A DNA stretch of 40,568 bases from Candidatus Methanofastidiosia archaeon (GTDB lineage Archaea > Methanobacteriota_B > Thermococci > Methanofastidiosales > NM3), in contig JAFGGT010000027.1 in NCBI GenBank assembly GCA_016930445.1, positions 1 to 40,568 on the forward strand, written 5' to 3'. Position numbers and translations under genes: made by a program. A model generated the notes under the pieces. The model worked only from the letters and a program-made list of their open reading frames with translations, was not told the DNA's origin and made no database searches. Below, in pieces: positions 7,240 through 16,880 of this stretch (position 1 is the stretch's first letter; every line of letters begins with the position of its first letter).

Positions 7240-8124
7240 TCAAAATATACCTAAAAGAATAGGGGTGATAGTCGACTCTATCAGGGCCGCCAAGAGCAAG
7301 AGCAAGAGCACAAGGTACATCAGGTCCCATGATCCCATCCCTTCCCTGATGTAGTAGGCGAGCACCTTGGACGCGTCCTCTCCCTTATCCCTGAAGGCTG
7401 CAACGATGCCGAACAGTATCATGGAATTCAGTCTGAGCCCGACTGCAGCGGCTATTATTATGCCGGGGACCTCGAATATGCCGTGAGGCAAGATGCCAAC
7501 GAGGAAGTACAGAAAGGGTTCGTCAAGGATGGCCCCGAACACCCCCACAATGGCGCCGTTTAGAAGCATCGAGAAGATTATGTATGCACCTCCTATCAGG
7601 GGGATGAGCGGCAACACTATGCCTATCAGGATGGCTGTCTTGGTGTTGTTGCCGAAAATGAATACAGCTATCTGCCATATCGGTCTATCGGAGCTAAGGC
7701 CTGAGATGTTCTCCAGATCCTCGATCTGCTGGGTCACGAGCTCATATACGCTGTTTTCCAATGCAAGCCCGAGGATTATCCCGATCATGAATATGAATGT
7801 CGGATAGATTATGTATCTCTTGTTCTTCTTCAATAAGGACCATATCCTAGCCCACGTGACCTCGAAGTGCAGTATGACCAAAAGCCCTATCGAGACCATC
7901 GCCTGCAAGAGGTTTATTCCAACAAGGTTGTCGAATAGCACATCGCCCCCATCAATGAACATTACGAACACGAGAGCGAATGTGAGGAGCACCGTTGAAG
8001 CGCCGCAGAATAGGATCTTGAAGTAGCTTTCCTCTGCCTTTACCAATCGCCTCCAGGCAAGCATGCCAAGCTTGTAGGCGACGAGGATGAAAGCCCCCAG
8101 GAATACAAGGAATATGGCGTTCAT
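7240..8124 (-). CDS. Polytopic membrane protein with a SpoIIM/DUF95-like C-terminal half
   Basis: 294-aa ORF with multiple TM helices. Family-like motifs are FGNNTK..., LLNGAIVGVFG and LPHGIFEVPGIIIAAAVG. It overlaps the truD stop by 4 nt. Confidence 0.6.
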   Translation of the reverse strand: MNAIFLVFLGAFILVAYKLGMLAWRRLVKAEESYFKILFCGASTVLLTFALVFVMFIDGGDVLFDNLVGINLLQAMVSIGLLVILHFEVTWARIWSLLKKNKRYIIYPTFIFMIGIILGLALENSVYELVTQQIEDLENISGLSSDRPIWQIAVFIFGNNTKTAILIGIVLPLIPLIGGAYIIFSMLLNGAIVGVFGAILDEPFLYFLVGILPHGIFEVPGIIIAAAVGLRLNSMILFGIVAAFRDKGEDASKVLAYYIREGMGSWDLMYLVLLLLLLAALIESTITPILLGIF

Positions 8125-9371
8125 GTGTCATCAATCCTTTCTGGTAGGGCCTCTTCCCCAAGGAGCTGCGCTAAATACTCCGTTGCGTACTGCCCCTTCT
8201 TCAGGAAGAATCCCAGGTCGCATCTTGTGGACCCGTATATCTCGTCATCGAGCACTTCGTACCTCAGGTCAGAATACCTGGCAAGTATCTCCCTCTGGGT
8301 GCCGCTGGAATCGAATGGCCTGAAAGTATGATTCTCAAAATCCTTGAAGTCCAGTTCCTCCCTCTCCATTATCTCTTTTGCTATGGAGCCGATCGTCGAA
8401 TTGGGCAGTATGGTCCTTGATCCTATCAGTGGGGCTGAAACAGATATCTCGCCCTCTATCATCCTTGAAACCCTCTCAATGTTTGACCTGTTGACCATTG
8501 TGGTGGCCTTTCTCTCATATCTGTCCATGATTATGTGGTCGCCTATCTCTGCAACGTTGGGGGGGACATCCTCTATCCTCCTCTTGACTATCTCATTGAA
8601 GAGCTTTGATTGATACGCATGCACGAACAGTTTCAGAAGCCTTTCAGGCAGAGCCTTGAAGCAGTCCTTGAAGTCCTTGCCCTCGTGGGCGAGGGAAAAC
8701 AGCATGGCCCTCTCGTACCTTAGCCCCTGCGGGAATGCCTCATAAGCCTTTTTGAAGTCCATGTCATCCAAAAACTCCCTTCGGACCTCGGACATTGGGT
8801 CTAGGGGGTACGGTTTCCCGATGTAAGTTAGTGCCGCCCCCTCATAGTCCTTTTTCACTATGAGCTTTCCGACCTCCGCAGTTACAGGCCTTTGGAGCCC
8901 GAACCTCTGGTATCCAAAGTAATTTATAAATCCGTGCCACTCGCTGAACCTGTCAAGGCCCTTTTGGATGTCCTTGCCTAGCTCAGGCTTTGGCCTCTTG
9001 ATCTTTCGCACCACTATGTCGAACTCATTGCCTTCAAGGTCGCCTATGTTGATCCTGTCACCGCGCTCAACGTCCTTGACCTCCACGCCTGGAATATTCA
9101 ATGAAAGGACCTTCTCCTCAGGTACGCCATAAAACGAGAACTTCTGCACAGAGGCCGATGTCTTGTCCTTCAATCCAGCGTATCCGACGCTCTTTTGGGA
9201 GATTGCCAAGGCCTTGGCCATCTCCTTGACCAGCAGGGTGGTGTCCCAGTCGACCTTTTCTATGGTCGCCACTATGCAGTCGTCCTTCTTGTGACAGACT
9301 ATCGATCTTTCCCTGACAGTGAATTCCTTTGGGCAATGTTTGATTATCATGAAATCACGTGCTTTTGGCAT
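8121..9371 (-). CDS. truD: tRNA pseudouridine(13) synthase TruD/Pus7 family
   Basis: 416-aa ORF containing the TruD signature GYAGLKDKTSASVQKF and the NYFGYQRFG motif. Confidence 0.85.
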   Translation of the reverse strand: MPKARDFMIIKHCPKEFTVRERSIVCHKKDDCIVATIEKVDWDTTLLVKEMAKALAISQKSVGYAGLKDKTSASVQKFSFYGVPEEKVLSLNIPGVEVKDVERGDRINIGDLEGNEFDIVVRKIKRPKPELGKDIQKGLDRFSEWHGFINYFGYQRFGLQRPVTAEVGKLIVKKDYEGAALTYIGKPYPLDPMSEVRREFLDDMDFKKAYEAFPQGLRYERAMLFSLAHEGKDFKDCFKALPERLLKLFVHAYQSKLFNEIVKRRIEDVPPNVAEIGDHIIMDRYERKATTMVNRSNIERVSRMIEGEISVSAPLIGSRTILPNSTIGSIAKEIMEREELDFKDFENHTFRPFDSSGTQREILARYSDLRYEVLDDEIYGSTRCDLGFFLKKGQYATEYLAQLLGEEALPERIDDT

Positions 9372-9424
9372 CCCGATGAGACTACGAAAGTTTTTTAAAT
9401 TAAAAAAGGTGTCTCTTATTTTGT

Positions 9425-9500
9425 GCCGTCATAGCTCAGTTGGTAGAGCGCCCGCCTGTTAAGCGGATGGTCGCAGGTTCGAGCCCTGCTGACGGCGCCA
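9425..9500 (+). tRNA. tRNA-Asn (anticodon GTT), CCA encoded
   Basis: Cloverleaf folded by hand: acceptor GCCGTCA/TGACGGC, D arm GCTC/GAGC, anticodon loop CTGTTAA, T arm GCAGG-TTCGAGC-CCTGC, discriminator G followed by CCA. Confidence 0.9.
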
Positions 9501-9520
9501 TTCTATGCTCTTTTCCAATA

Positions 9521-9706
9521 TTATTGCCTATTCCTTCCTATTTGCTTGTAATACAGTGCCATGCCAGCAAAGGCCATGAATATTATTGAGTGGAGGATGA
9601 ACTCAATGGAATCTGACCTTCCGTCAATGGCGTAATATAGGGCCATTAGGAGGTTGGCGACTGCAATGATGGCAATGACGCAATTCAGTACGTCTTTGTT
9701 TCCCAT
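9521..9706 (-). CDS. Small hypothetical membrane protein (61 aa from the internal Met)
   Basis: The long ORF (to 9793) would overlap the divergent flavodoxin gene start. The internal start gives MGNKDVLNCVIAIIAVANLLMALYY... with two hydrophobic helices. Confidence 0.35.
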   Translation of the reverse strand: MGNKDVLNCVIAIIAVANLLMALYYAIDGRSDSIEFILHSIIFMAFAGMALYYKQIGRNRQ

Positions 9707-9765
9707 ATACACTCCTTTTGGGCAAGAGTTAAAAACATGCCTGTCCCAACTCAATTGGTGAAGTA

Positions 9766-10251
9766 ATGAAGGTATTGGTCTTGTATTATTCATTGACTGG
9801 GAACACTAGGAAGCTCGCGGAGGCCGTGGCGAAGGGTGTAAGGGAGGCAGGCGCCGAACCTGTGCTAAGGAGCACAGAAGAAGTGACTAAGGAGGATTTT
9901 GCCGAGGCCGCTGGCATCGTGGCAGGCTCCCCGGTATACTTTGGGACCATGGCATGGCAGCTGAAGAAGGTATTCGATGAGTTCGTCACCATGAGAAGGC
10001 AGGGAAGGACTGAAAACATGGTAGGCGCTGCCTTCGCATCGGCAGGCAATGACACAGGCGGAAAGGAGACCACCATATTCTCGATAATCAATGCCCTTAT
10101 GATATATGGATGCATCATAGTCGGAGACCCATTGGATGCGACGGGACACTATGGTGTCGGCTGCGTGGGCTCTCCCGATGATGTCGCCCTTGCCAACGCA
10201 TCAAAGCTGGGCAAGAGGGCAGCAGAGCTTGCAATGAAAATCAGTAGGTAA
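9766..10251 (+). CDS. Flavodoxin-like / WrbA-type NAD(P)H-dependent FMN oxidoreductase family protein
   Basis: 161-aa ORF. The N-terminal MKVLVLYYSLTGNTRKLAEAV is the flavodoxin-fold FMN phosphate-binding loop, and GSPVYFG is a second FMN-binding segment. Confidence 0.8.
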   Translation: MKVLVLYYSLTGNTRKLAEAVAKGVREAGAEPVLRSTEEVTKEDFAEAAGIVAGSPVYFGTMAWQLKKVFDEFVTMRRQGRTENMVGAAFASAGNDTGGKETTIFSIINALMIYGCIIVGDPLDATGHYGVGCVGSPDDVALANASKLGKRAAELAMKISR

Positions 10252-10337
10252 TCAATGAATTCCCCTTCTTTTTCATCGATTTTTGGATTTGCCGAAAATC
10301 TTTTATAGTGGGCTGGTAACTATCATAAATATTCTGG

Positions 10338-10411
10338 GGGCCTATAGCTTAGTTTGGTGGAGCTCCCGGCTCATAACCGGGCGGCCAGGGGTTCAAATCC
10401 CCTTAGGCCCA
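10338..10411 (+). tRNA. tRNA with CAT anticodon (elongator Met; an Ile2/agmatidine-type identity cannot be excluded); CCA not encoded
   Basis: Hand fold: acceptor GGGCCTA/TAGGCCC, anticodon stem CCCGG/CCGGG with loop CTCATAA, T arm AGGGG-TTCAAAT-CCCCT, discriminator A. A G1:C72 pair argues against an initiator. Confidence 0.85.
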
Positions 10412-10620
10412 CCTTATCCTACGTTTGTATATCTCAATTATGTTGTCAATTTCCTTTCACCATTCTATTATACTTAACTAGGTGGGTTCTCTGATATATA
10501 TGTTCTATTTATAAAGAAAAGGCCTTTGTGTAAGAAAAAATGACCTTGTATTTGGTTGATATTTCAGTTCTTCCCAATTGACTTATGAGAAAATAAAAAA
10601 AGAGATGAAGAAAAGGGATT

Positions 10621-11541
10621 TTATTCAAAGAAGTCCGAGTTATCGTCCTCTATGTCCGTCATCTCATCGGCATACATGTTCACATTGTCAAGGTCGCTTT
10701 GCAATGCGTAGTAGTACTGTTCGAAGAGAGCGTTCAAAGGATAACCTGTGAGGGGGAACTCGCCCGGATTGTTGTCCCCGATCGCATTGAGGGCATCCTG
10801 GGCCGTGTTTGCATTGGAGTAGAACACATTCGCCTCAGACACATATGCATCTGCAGAGTCGAAGTCCCCATCTTCAGCAGAGCTTGCTGCCTGTAGGCCC
10901 TTCTGGATGAAACCCACGTAGTTGTCGAAGAGGCTTATGCCCGTCGCGGCGTATTGCTTCACATAGTCATGGGGGATGTTCTCGGCGGCATCTGCCATCT
11001 CATTGGCGTATGTGGAGAGCATCTGGAAGTCTGCAAGGGCCATCTCGCCTGTCAATATGGCCTGTTGGTACTGGTCTGAGTTGTAATAGTCCATGAAATC
11101 GTACATATAGTCGAATGCGGCATCCTGACTGTCGACCACATTCAAATATGACATGCTGTACATGTCGATGTATATGAGCATCTTCAGGTTATCCACGTAG
11201 CTTTGCCCAGCATTTATCTTCCTCTGCCATGCTTGCACATAGTCCTCGGTAAAGCCGTTGTCCATGTCCTCTGCAACGCCCATTAGATTGTGCACCTCAT
11301 ATGCGAGTAGATTCAGCTCATCGGTGGCCTCATCAACCTTTTGGATGGCCAGATCATAGTATCCGTCGTCATATGCGTCCTCTGCTTCCGTTATGATGTC
11401 CTCGCCGGTCATGGCATATCCATTTGCCTTATCGACGATCTCGTTCCATTTATCGATGTTCTCATCGCCACCAAGGCAACCTGATACGGCCGCCAGGGGT
11501 ATAAGTATCAGCAATACAGCAAAAAATCGTTTATGCAACAA
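10621..11541 (-). CDS. Acidic helical lipoprotein, paralog A (306 aa)
   Basis: TTG start directly behind AAGGTGAT. The signal peptide ends in the lipobox AVSGC. It aligns in blocks with the neighbouring gene and ends in FFE. Confidence 0.75.
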   Translation of the reverse strand: MLHKRFFAVLLILIPLAAVSGCLGGDENIDKWNEIVDKANGYAMTGEDIITEAEDAYDDGYYDLAIQKVDEATDELNLLAYEVHNLMGVAEDMDNGFTEDYVQAWQRKINAGQSYVDNLKMLIYIDMYSMSYLNVVDSQDAAFDYMYDFMDYYNSDQYQQAILTGEMALADFQMLSTYANEMADAAENIPHDYVKQYAATGISLFDNYVGFIQKGLQAASSAEDGDFDSADAYVSEANVFYSNANTAQDALNAIGDNNPGEFPLTGYPLNALFEQYYYALQSDLDNVNMYADEMTDIEDDNSDFFE

Positions 11542-11610
11542 ATCACCTTAGATATCATTCCTTTTTTTCAATAAATTTGTTTCTGTAAAATACAGATTGC
11601 GTTTTATATG

Positions 11611-12531
11611 CTACTCGAAAAACTCTTGATGCTCCTCTTCCAACTGCCTCATCCTTTCCCTGTAGCCCAAGGCGGACGATTCGGAATTTGATTTGATGGC
11701 AAGGTACGTGGCCCTTAGCTCCTGCAATGCGAATCCCTGGGACGGGAACGCGTTGGGGTGCATGGTCTCTATGCCTATGAGCAAGTCGATAGTGGCTATG
11801 TAGTCACCATAATCCTCGTTGGCAGTTGAGATCAGCTGGCCTGATGCGCTTTCATCCCCCTGCATCGCACTGTTTGCCGCCATCTTGAGGTGGTCCAAGG
11901 CGCTAGAGGCATGCCCGACAAGGTCAGCTATGCCATTTGCATAGTCGATCACAAACGGTTCGCCGATCCCTACGGATATGGACTTAAGGTCATTTGCGAC
12001 ACCCTCCATGGTCTCGTACTTGTTCAAGGAGCTAGTTGCCGACGTGACGGCGGCTTCGTGCTCTCCCTTGTAGTAGTAGTTGAACGCCTGCGACATCTGC
12101 TGCTCCGCCACGGGATGCAGTGATGAGACGTTATAGAACTCCACGTTGAACATGTCGATGCTAATGATGACCCTAAGGCACCTCAGGCTGTTGGCGATCT
12201 CCTGGACCTGCCCTTCCCAAGCTATGACGTAGCCAGTCAGGTACTCCTCTTCCATCCTCTTGGCGTATTCCTTGAGCCTGGCGATGTCAAAGAGCGCCTT
12301 ATCGTAGCACTCCAGGGCCTCGTCAATGGATGCCAGGGCCTTCTCGTAGTCCAGGTCCTCGATATGGGAATTTATGTCCATGTCGTGCCCGTTGCCTTCC
12401 TCCAGGCTCTCGTTCACCTTCATGACCAGGCTGTTCCAATCTTCTGTCTCAGAACCTCCATCGGATATGCACCCTATGGCAGAAAAGGCGAATAGGATCA
12501 TCAATGGAACGGACAGCAATCTGGTTTTCAC
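11611..12531 (-). CDS. Acidic helical lipoprotein, paralog B (306 aa)
   Basis: GTG start. The signal peptide ends in the lipobox SAIGC. Blocks shared with paralog A include DWN..V.K.N, AW...V, ISIDMF/IYIDMY and NP..FP. It ends in FFE. Confidence 0.75.
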   Translation of the reverse strand: MKTRLLSVPLMILFAFSAIGCISDGGSETEDWNSLVMKVNESLEEGNGHDMDINSHIEDLDYEKALASIDEALECYDKALFDIARLKEYAKRMEEEYLTGYVIAWEGQVQEIANSLRCLRVIISIDMFNVEFYNVSSLHPVAEQQMSQAFNYYYKGEHEAAVTSATSSLNKYETMEGVANDLKSISVGIGEPFVIDYANGIADLVGHASSALDHLKMAANSAMQGDESASGQLISTANEDYGDYIATIDLLIGIETMHPNAFPSQGFALQELRATYLAIKSNSESSALGYRERMRQLEEEHQEFFE

Positions 12532-12555
12532 GAATTAGCATTATTTGCATCGTTT

Positions 12556-13446
12556 TTAACTTTTCCGTAGGAGGCTTTTGCCCCTTCTCTCAAGACTTAT
12601 GTTGGCTATGGAGAACATCATTACGAGGGCGCCTAAGAAACCGATGGCATTGAGGCTCTCTCCGAGCAATATGATGCCCAATATGGTGGCGAAGACGATC
12701 TCGTTCATCAGAATCACAGAAGAGGCTGTCGCGGACACGGTCTTGAGGCCATATGTCCACAGGAGGAATGTCACGACAGTGCAGAAGAACGCCACATACA
12801 CTATGAAGAGCATGTTCTCGCTTGTCAGGTGCACATCCGTTCCCCACAGGAACGGCAGGAGCAATAGCGATGTCAGGAGGACGAGCATGTAGTTTAGCTC
12901 GAATATGCAGGCGCCGTCCTTGACGACCTTTCTCGAGAGGGCTATGTAGAATGCCCAACATGTGCCCCCTAACAGCACTATAAGGTCGCCTTTGACCGAA
13001 CCACTTAGAAGCAGCCCCACGTCGCCTTCGCTTATTAGAAGAAAGATCCCAACAAGGCCCCCTATCACGGACACGAGCTTCTTCCTTGTGACGGCCTCTC
13101 CAAGATAGAAGTGTGCGATGAGCATGACGAAGACTACGTTGATGTTTATCAAAAGGGCGCCCTTGATAGCCGAGGTATGGTCCAGTCCGATGTACTGGAA
13201 GAGGAAACCTCCAGCATTGAAAAGCGCCATCATGTAGACGTACTTGTTCCTCAGAAGGGATATCTTGAAGCTTTTCTTGTAAGTAAAGTAAATGATCGTG
13301 AAGAATGCGCTAGCAAATAGGAATCTTAGCACAACGAAAGGGATAGGTTCTATGTGGTCGAGACCTGCCTTGATGGCGACGAATGAGGAGCCCCAGAACA
13401 ATGTGGCAACGAGCGTTGCTAGCTCCCCCTTCCATTTCTCCAACAT
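12556..13446 (-). CDS. EamA/DMT-superfamily transporter
   Basis: 296-aa ORF with about 10 TM segments in two repeated halves. The N-terminal LVATLFWGSSFVAIK pattern is typical of EamA domains. Confidence 0.8.
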   Translation of the reverse strand: MLEKWKGELATLVATLFWGSSFVAIKAGLDHIEPIPFVVLRFLFASAFFTIIYFTYKKSFKISLLRNKYVYMMALFNAGGFLFQYIGLDHTSAIKGALLININVVFVMLIAHFYLGEAVTRKKLVSVIGGLVGIFLLISEGDVGLLLSGSVKGDLIVLLGGTCWAFYIALSRKVVKDGACIFELNYMLVLLTSLLLLPFLWGTDVHLTSENMLFIVYVAFFCTVVTFLLWTYGLKTVSATASSVILMNEIVFATILGIILLGESLNAIGFLGALVMMFSIANISLERRGKSLLRKS

Positions 13447-13471
13447 CAGTCTTGTCTCTTGCCGCGCTTTT

Positions 13472-14140
13472 TTATAACTTTTCGATGAGGGCAGGCAGTT
13501 CGGAGAGGGCCTTTATATGAAAATCGCTTACATCGGTCCTGGATTCTTTGCGTGACCTGTTCATGAGCACAGTACGCATTCCTACTTCATTTGCCCCAAT
13601 TATGCAGTCTATGTCGTTGTCCACGAAGAGTGCGTCATCGGGGTTGCAGTGCGCCCTTTCCATGGCGATCTCATATATCCTCCTCTCTGGCTTCTCGGCG
13701 CCTACCTCCTCAGAGATGACGACATTGTCGAAGAACGCCTCGAGCCCCAACCTTAGGACCTTCTCCCACTGCTTCACCGCCCTTCCGTTGGATATGATGT
13801 TCAAAGACAGCCCCATTCTCTTCAGTGCTATGAGCGTGGAGATGGTATCGTCATAAGGCATGATGTTCGCGAACTTGGAGTTATGGTAACCAATTATGCC
13901 GGCAGATACTATCTTGAAGTCCTTCCTTCCGAGGACCTCCTCGGCAAGGATGTCAAAATGATTGGAGAAGTTCGAGCCCTTCTCCCTGATTATCTTCATC
14001 AGCTTAGAACATCCCTCTTCGAGCTCTAGCGGCAGCCCCTTGCTTATCATGGAGTGCACGGCCGCCCTCCGCGCCAGGCTTGCAAGCCTCGTCGTATCAT
14101 AGAGCGTGTCGTCTAGGTCGAAGAAGACCGTGGTTATCAT
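13472..14140 (-). CDS. HAD-superfamily hydrolase (subfamily IA)
   Basis: HAD motif I FFDLDDTLYD, motif II IISNG, motif IV-like FVDNDIDCIIGA. Confidence 0.8.
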   Translation of the reverse strand: MITTVFFDLDDTLYDTTRLASLARRAAVHSMISKGLPLELEEGCSKLMKIIREKGSNFSNHFDILAEEVLGRKDFKIVSAGIIGYHNSKFANIMPYDDTISTLIALKRMGLSLNIISNGRAVKQWEKVLRLGLEAFFDNVVISEEVGAEKPERRIYEIAMERAHCNPDDALFVDNDIDCIIGANEVGMRTVLMNRSRKESRTDVSDFHIKALSELPALIEKL

Positions 14141-14166
14141 GCTAATGAACTCTATTGTACAGATAT

Positions 14167-15174
14167 TTAAAGCTTTATCAATCTGCCATTGGGTAGCGTG
14201 GCCTCTATCGTGCCAGAGTCTGTCACAACGCCAAGCTCGAACGTCGGGAAGAATCTGTTCAGTATCCTTTGGGCCTTTTGGGCGTCATCCTTTTTCACAA
14301 TGACAATGAAGCCTATGCCCATGTTGAACGTCTTGTACATCTCCTCGTCGGTTGCCTTGGCGTAATGCTGTATCGCCACGAACGGTGACAGAGGGTCCGG
14401 CATCTCGATCTTGAATCCTATCCCTCTCTTAAGCCTCTTGAGATTCAGAAGCCCTGAACCCGTGACGTGCACAAGCCCTGTCGGCATCACATCCTCAAGC
14501 AGCTTCAGTATCGGCCTGACATAAAGCCTGGTGGGCTCTAGCAGTATGTAGTACTCGTCCTTTGGAATTGCCTTTCTCGCTAGGGTGAAACCATTCGAAT
14601 GGACCCCTGAGCTCTCGATGCCTAATATAAAATCTCCAGGAGATATGTCCTGTCCTGTGATGATCTTGTCCTTGTCGACGATACCAACAGCCGTTCCAGT
14701 GAGGTCCAGGCCGTCCCCGTCACCGCTCAAAAGCTCGGGCACGGTCGCCGTCTCCCCCCCGATGATCGTTATCTCAGCCTCTTCGGCCCCAGCGAGCAGA
14801 CCTTCACCTATCTGGGCCATCACATCGTTGTCCGGCCTCTGCAGGGAAATGGTATCTACCATGGAGAGTGGGGTAGCGCCACAGCAGATGATGTCGTTCA
14901 CGTTCATGGCTATGAGGTCTATGCCCACCGTCCGGTAGGTGTTCAGTTCCTTGGCCAAAAGAAGCTTGGTGCCCACCCCGTCCGTCGATATCGCAAGGGC
15001 CTTTCCATTGCCGATGTCGATGACGCCTGAGAAATGCCCTATATCGGTGAGAGGCGCCCCAATCATCCCCTTCCTGAACTCCAGGGTCCTCTTTACATAT
15101 TCGGACAAGGCCCCTATGGCCTCCTCCTCCTTCTTGATGTCTACTCCAGAACTAGCATAATCCATATCCATCAT
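14167..15174 (-). CDS. purM: Phosphoribosylformylglycinamidine cyclo-ligase (AIR synthetase)
   Basis: The start is taken at the internal Met (MMDMDYASSGVDI), which abuts the purE stop. Typical PurM motifs include GVDI, DGVGTK and GGETA. Confidence 0.9.
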   Translation of the reverse strand: MMDMDYASSGVDIKKEEEAIGALSEYVKRTLEFRKGMIGAPLTDIGHFSGVIDIGNGKALAISTDGVGTKLLLAKELNTYRTVGIDLIAMNVNDIICCGATPLSMVDTISLQRPDNDVMAQIGEGLLAGAEEAEITIIGGETATVPELLSGDGDGLDLTGTAVGIVDKDKIITGQDISPGDFILGIESSGVHSNGFTLARKAIPKDEYYILLEPTRLYVRPILKLLEDVMPTGLVHVTGSGLLNLKRLKRGIGFKIEMPDPLSPFVAIQHYAKATDEEMYKTFNMGIGFIVIVKKDDAQKAQRILNRFFPTFELGVVTDSGTIEATLPNGRLIKL

Positions 15175-15176
15175 TC

Positions 15177-15563
15177 CTAGTATTTTCCCAGTATCCTCAA
15201 TGCCAGGTACGCAGCGTTCTGCCCGTTGTCGATCCCGACGCATGCCACCGGAACGCCCTTTGGCATCTGAACTATCGATAGCAGAGAGTCGAGGCCACCA
15301 AGGGCTGCGCTGACGGGTACTCCGATGACCGGCCTCTTTGTGTGCGATGCTATCACGCCAGGGAGGGCTGCCGAAAGACCGGCAACTGCAATAAATACGC
15401 CCACGTCGCCGTGGGCAAGCTCTCTGACCTTCTCTGGGTCGCGATGGGCCGAAGCCACCTCGACCGCGTACTTCACGTCGTATTCCTTTAGTACATTCTC
15501 TATCTTCTCGACTATATGCATGTCGGATTTGCTGCCTGTAACTATGAGAATGTCCAATTGCAT
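15177..15563 (-). CDS. purE: Short PurE-family AIR carboxylase / N5-CAIR mutase
   Basis: 128-aa ORF with [20 protein letters not shown] and [12 protein letters not shown] blocks that align with bacterial PurE. No purK is present in the cluster. Confidence 0.85.
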   Translation of the reverse strand: MQLDILIVTGSKSDMHIVEKIENVLKEYDVKYAVEVASAHRDPEKVRELAHGDVGVFIAVAGLSAALPGVIASHTKRPVIGVPVSAALGGLDSLLSIVQMPKGVPVACVGIDNGQNAAYLALRILGKY

Positions 15564-15564
15564 C

Positions 15565-16875
15565 TTAGTACACCAAGTGCTTCCTTGTCTCGTCCTGTCC
15601 CAGGAATGGCTTTCCCGGTATCCTAATCTTCACAGCATGTGCCATCTTCTCGGCGCGGACCTTTGCCTCCTGGACGTCGTTAGCGAGTGCTAGCGCAACG
15701 CCCATTCTCCTGTGCATCCTTGCCTGGGTCTTTCCGAACAGTCTTATGGCGGACTGCGGGTACATGTTCATTACCTCGTATAGGTTGCTGTATTCTGCAT
15801 CCCACCCGTCGTAAGGTGATTTGATGACATGGGACGAACCTGGCATGAGCGGCTCTATGATGTTGAATCCGCCCTTCTTTATTGAGGGTATTGGCAATCC
15901 AAGCACCGCCCTCACGTGAAGGCCCTGCTCAGAGTATCCTGGCGGGTGGGTCATCATAGTTACCATTCCTGTGTCGTGCGGCCTTGGCGATATCTCATTG
16001 GCCCATACGTCGTCTCCCTTAACAAAGAGCTCGCATCCGAACAGGCCGAGCCCTCCAAGAGCGTTCGTGATCTTTTCCGTCGTCTTGTAGATGTTCTCCT
16101 CTGCCTTGGCGCTCACTTCAGCAGGCTGCCACGATGCATGGTAATCGCCTTCTATCTGGTAGTGGCCGACCGGCTTTGGAAATGTTGTGATTATCTTCCC
16201 GCTCTCGTCGAAGTGCCTGACAGCAAGCTCGGTCACTTCTATGTCGAAGTCTATATGCTCCTCGACTATGACCCAGTCACCCTGGCCCCTGGCGTCCTCG
16301 TTGGCTATCCTCCAGGCTGTCTCGACGTCCTCAGGCCCCTTCACGAAATATGAACCGTGCCCTGATGATGACATGATGGCCTTGGACCAACAGGGGTATC
16401 CTACCTTCTCGCAGGCATCCCTGAGCTCTTCCACGTTCCTTGCATAGGCATACTTGGATGTAGGCACCTTGGCCTCATGGGCTATCAGCTCCCTGGACCT
16501 CTCCCTGTGCATAGTGATGTATGTTGCGCGCGCGTTCGGGATTATGTTGTAACCATCGTCCTGAAGAGACTGGAGGCAGTCTAGATTGATGGCTTCTATC
16601 TCCGGCACTATGGCGTCAGGCGCTTCAAGCTCTATCAGGGACCTGAGCGCTCCGGCGTTCTTCATGTCGATCGTGTAGCTCTTGTGGGCCACTTGCTGCG
16701 CAGGGGCCCTGTCGTACCTGTCGACGGCAACGGTCTCTATGCCCAGCCTTTGGGCCTCTATAATAACCTCCTTTCCTAGTTCACCGGAACCGAGCACCAT
16801 GAGCTTGGTCCTTGTCTTGGTGATAGGTGTTCCCAATATATCCCTTTTAACCCTGGTTTCCTTAGTCATGTACAT
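15565..16875 (-). CDS. purT: Formate-dependent phosphoribosylglycinamide formyltransferase (GAR transformylase 2)
   Basis: It aligns along its whole length with E. coli PurT as I recall it ([42 protein letters not shown]). Confidence 0.85.
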   Translation of the reverse strand: MYMTKETRVKRDILGTPITKTRTKLMVLGSGELGKEVIIEAQRLGIETVAVDRYDRAPAQQVAHKSYTIDMKNAGALRSLIELEAPDAIVPEIEAINLDCLQSLQDDGYNIIPNARATYITMHRERSRELIAHEAKVPTSKYAYARNVEELRDACEKVGYPCWSKAIMSSSGHGSYFVKGPEDVETAWRIANEDARGQGDWVIVEEHIDFDIEVTELAVRHFDESGKIITTFPKPVGHYQIEGDYHASWQPAEVSAKAEENIYKTTEKITNALGGLGLFGCELFVKGDDVWANEISPRPHDTGMVTMMTHPPGYSEQGLHVRAVLGLPIPSIKKGGFNIIEPLMPGSSHVIKSPYDGWDAEYSNLYEVMNMYPQSAIRLFGKTQARMHRRMGVALALANDVQEAKVRAEKMAHAVKIRIPGKPFLGQDETRKHLVY

Positions 16876-16880
16876 ACCTC

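Noticed and set aside
9425-10620. The tRNA-Asn and tRNA-Met genes as possible integration sites for an island (flavodoxin gene, lipoprotein pair)
   Set aside because: By eye I found no duplicated tRNA 3'-end (att-like) repeat downstream, no integrase gene, and no obvious compositional break.
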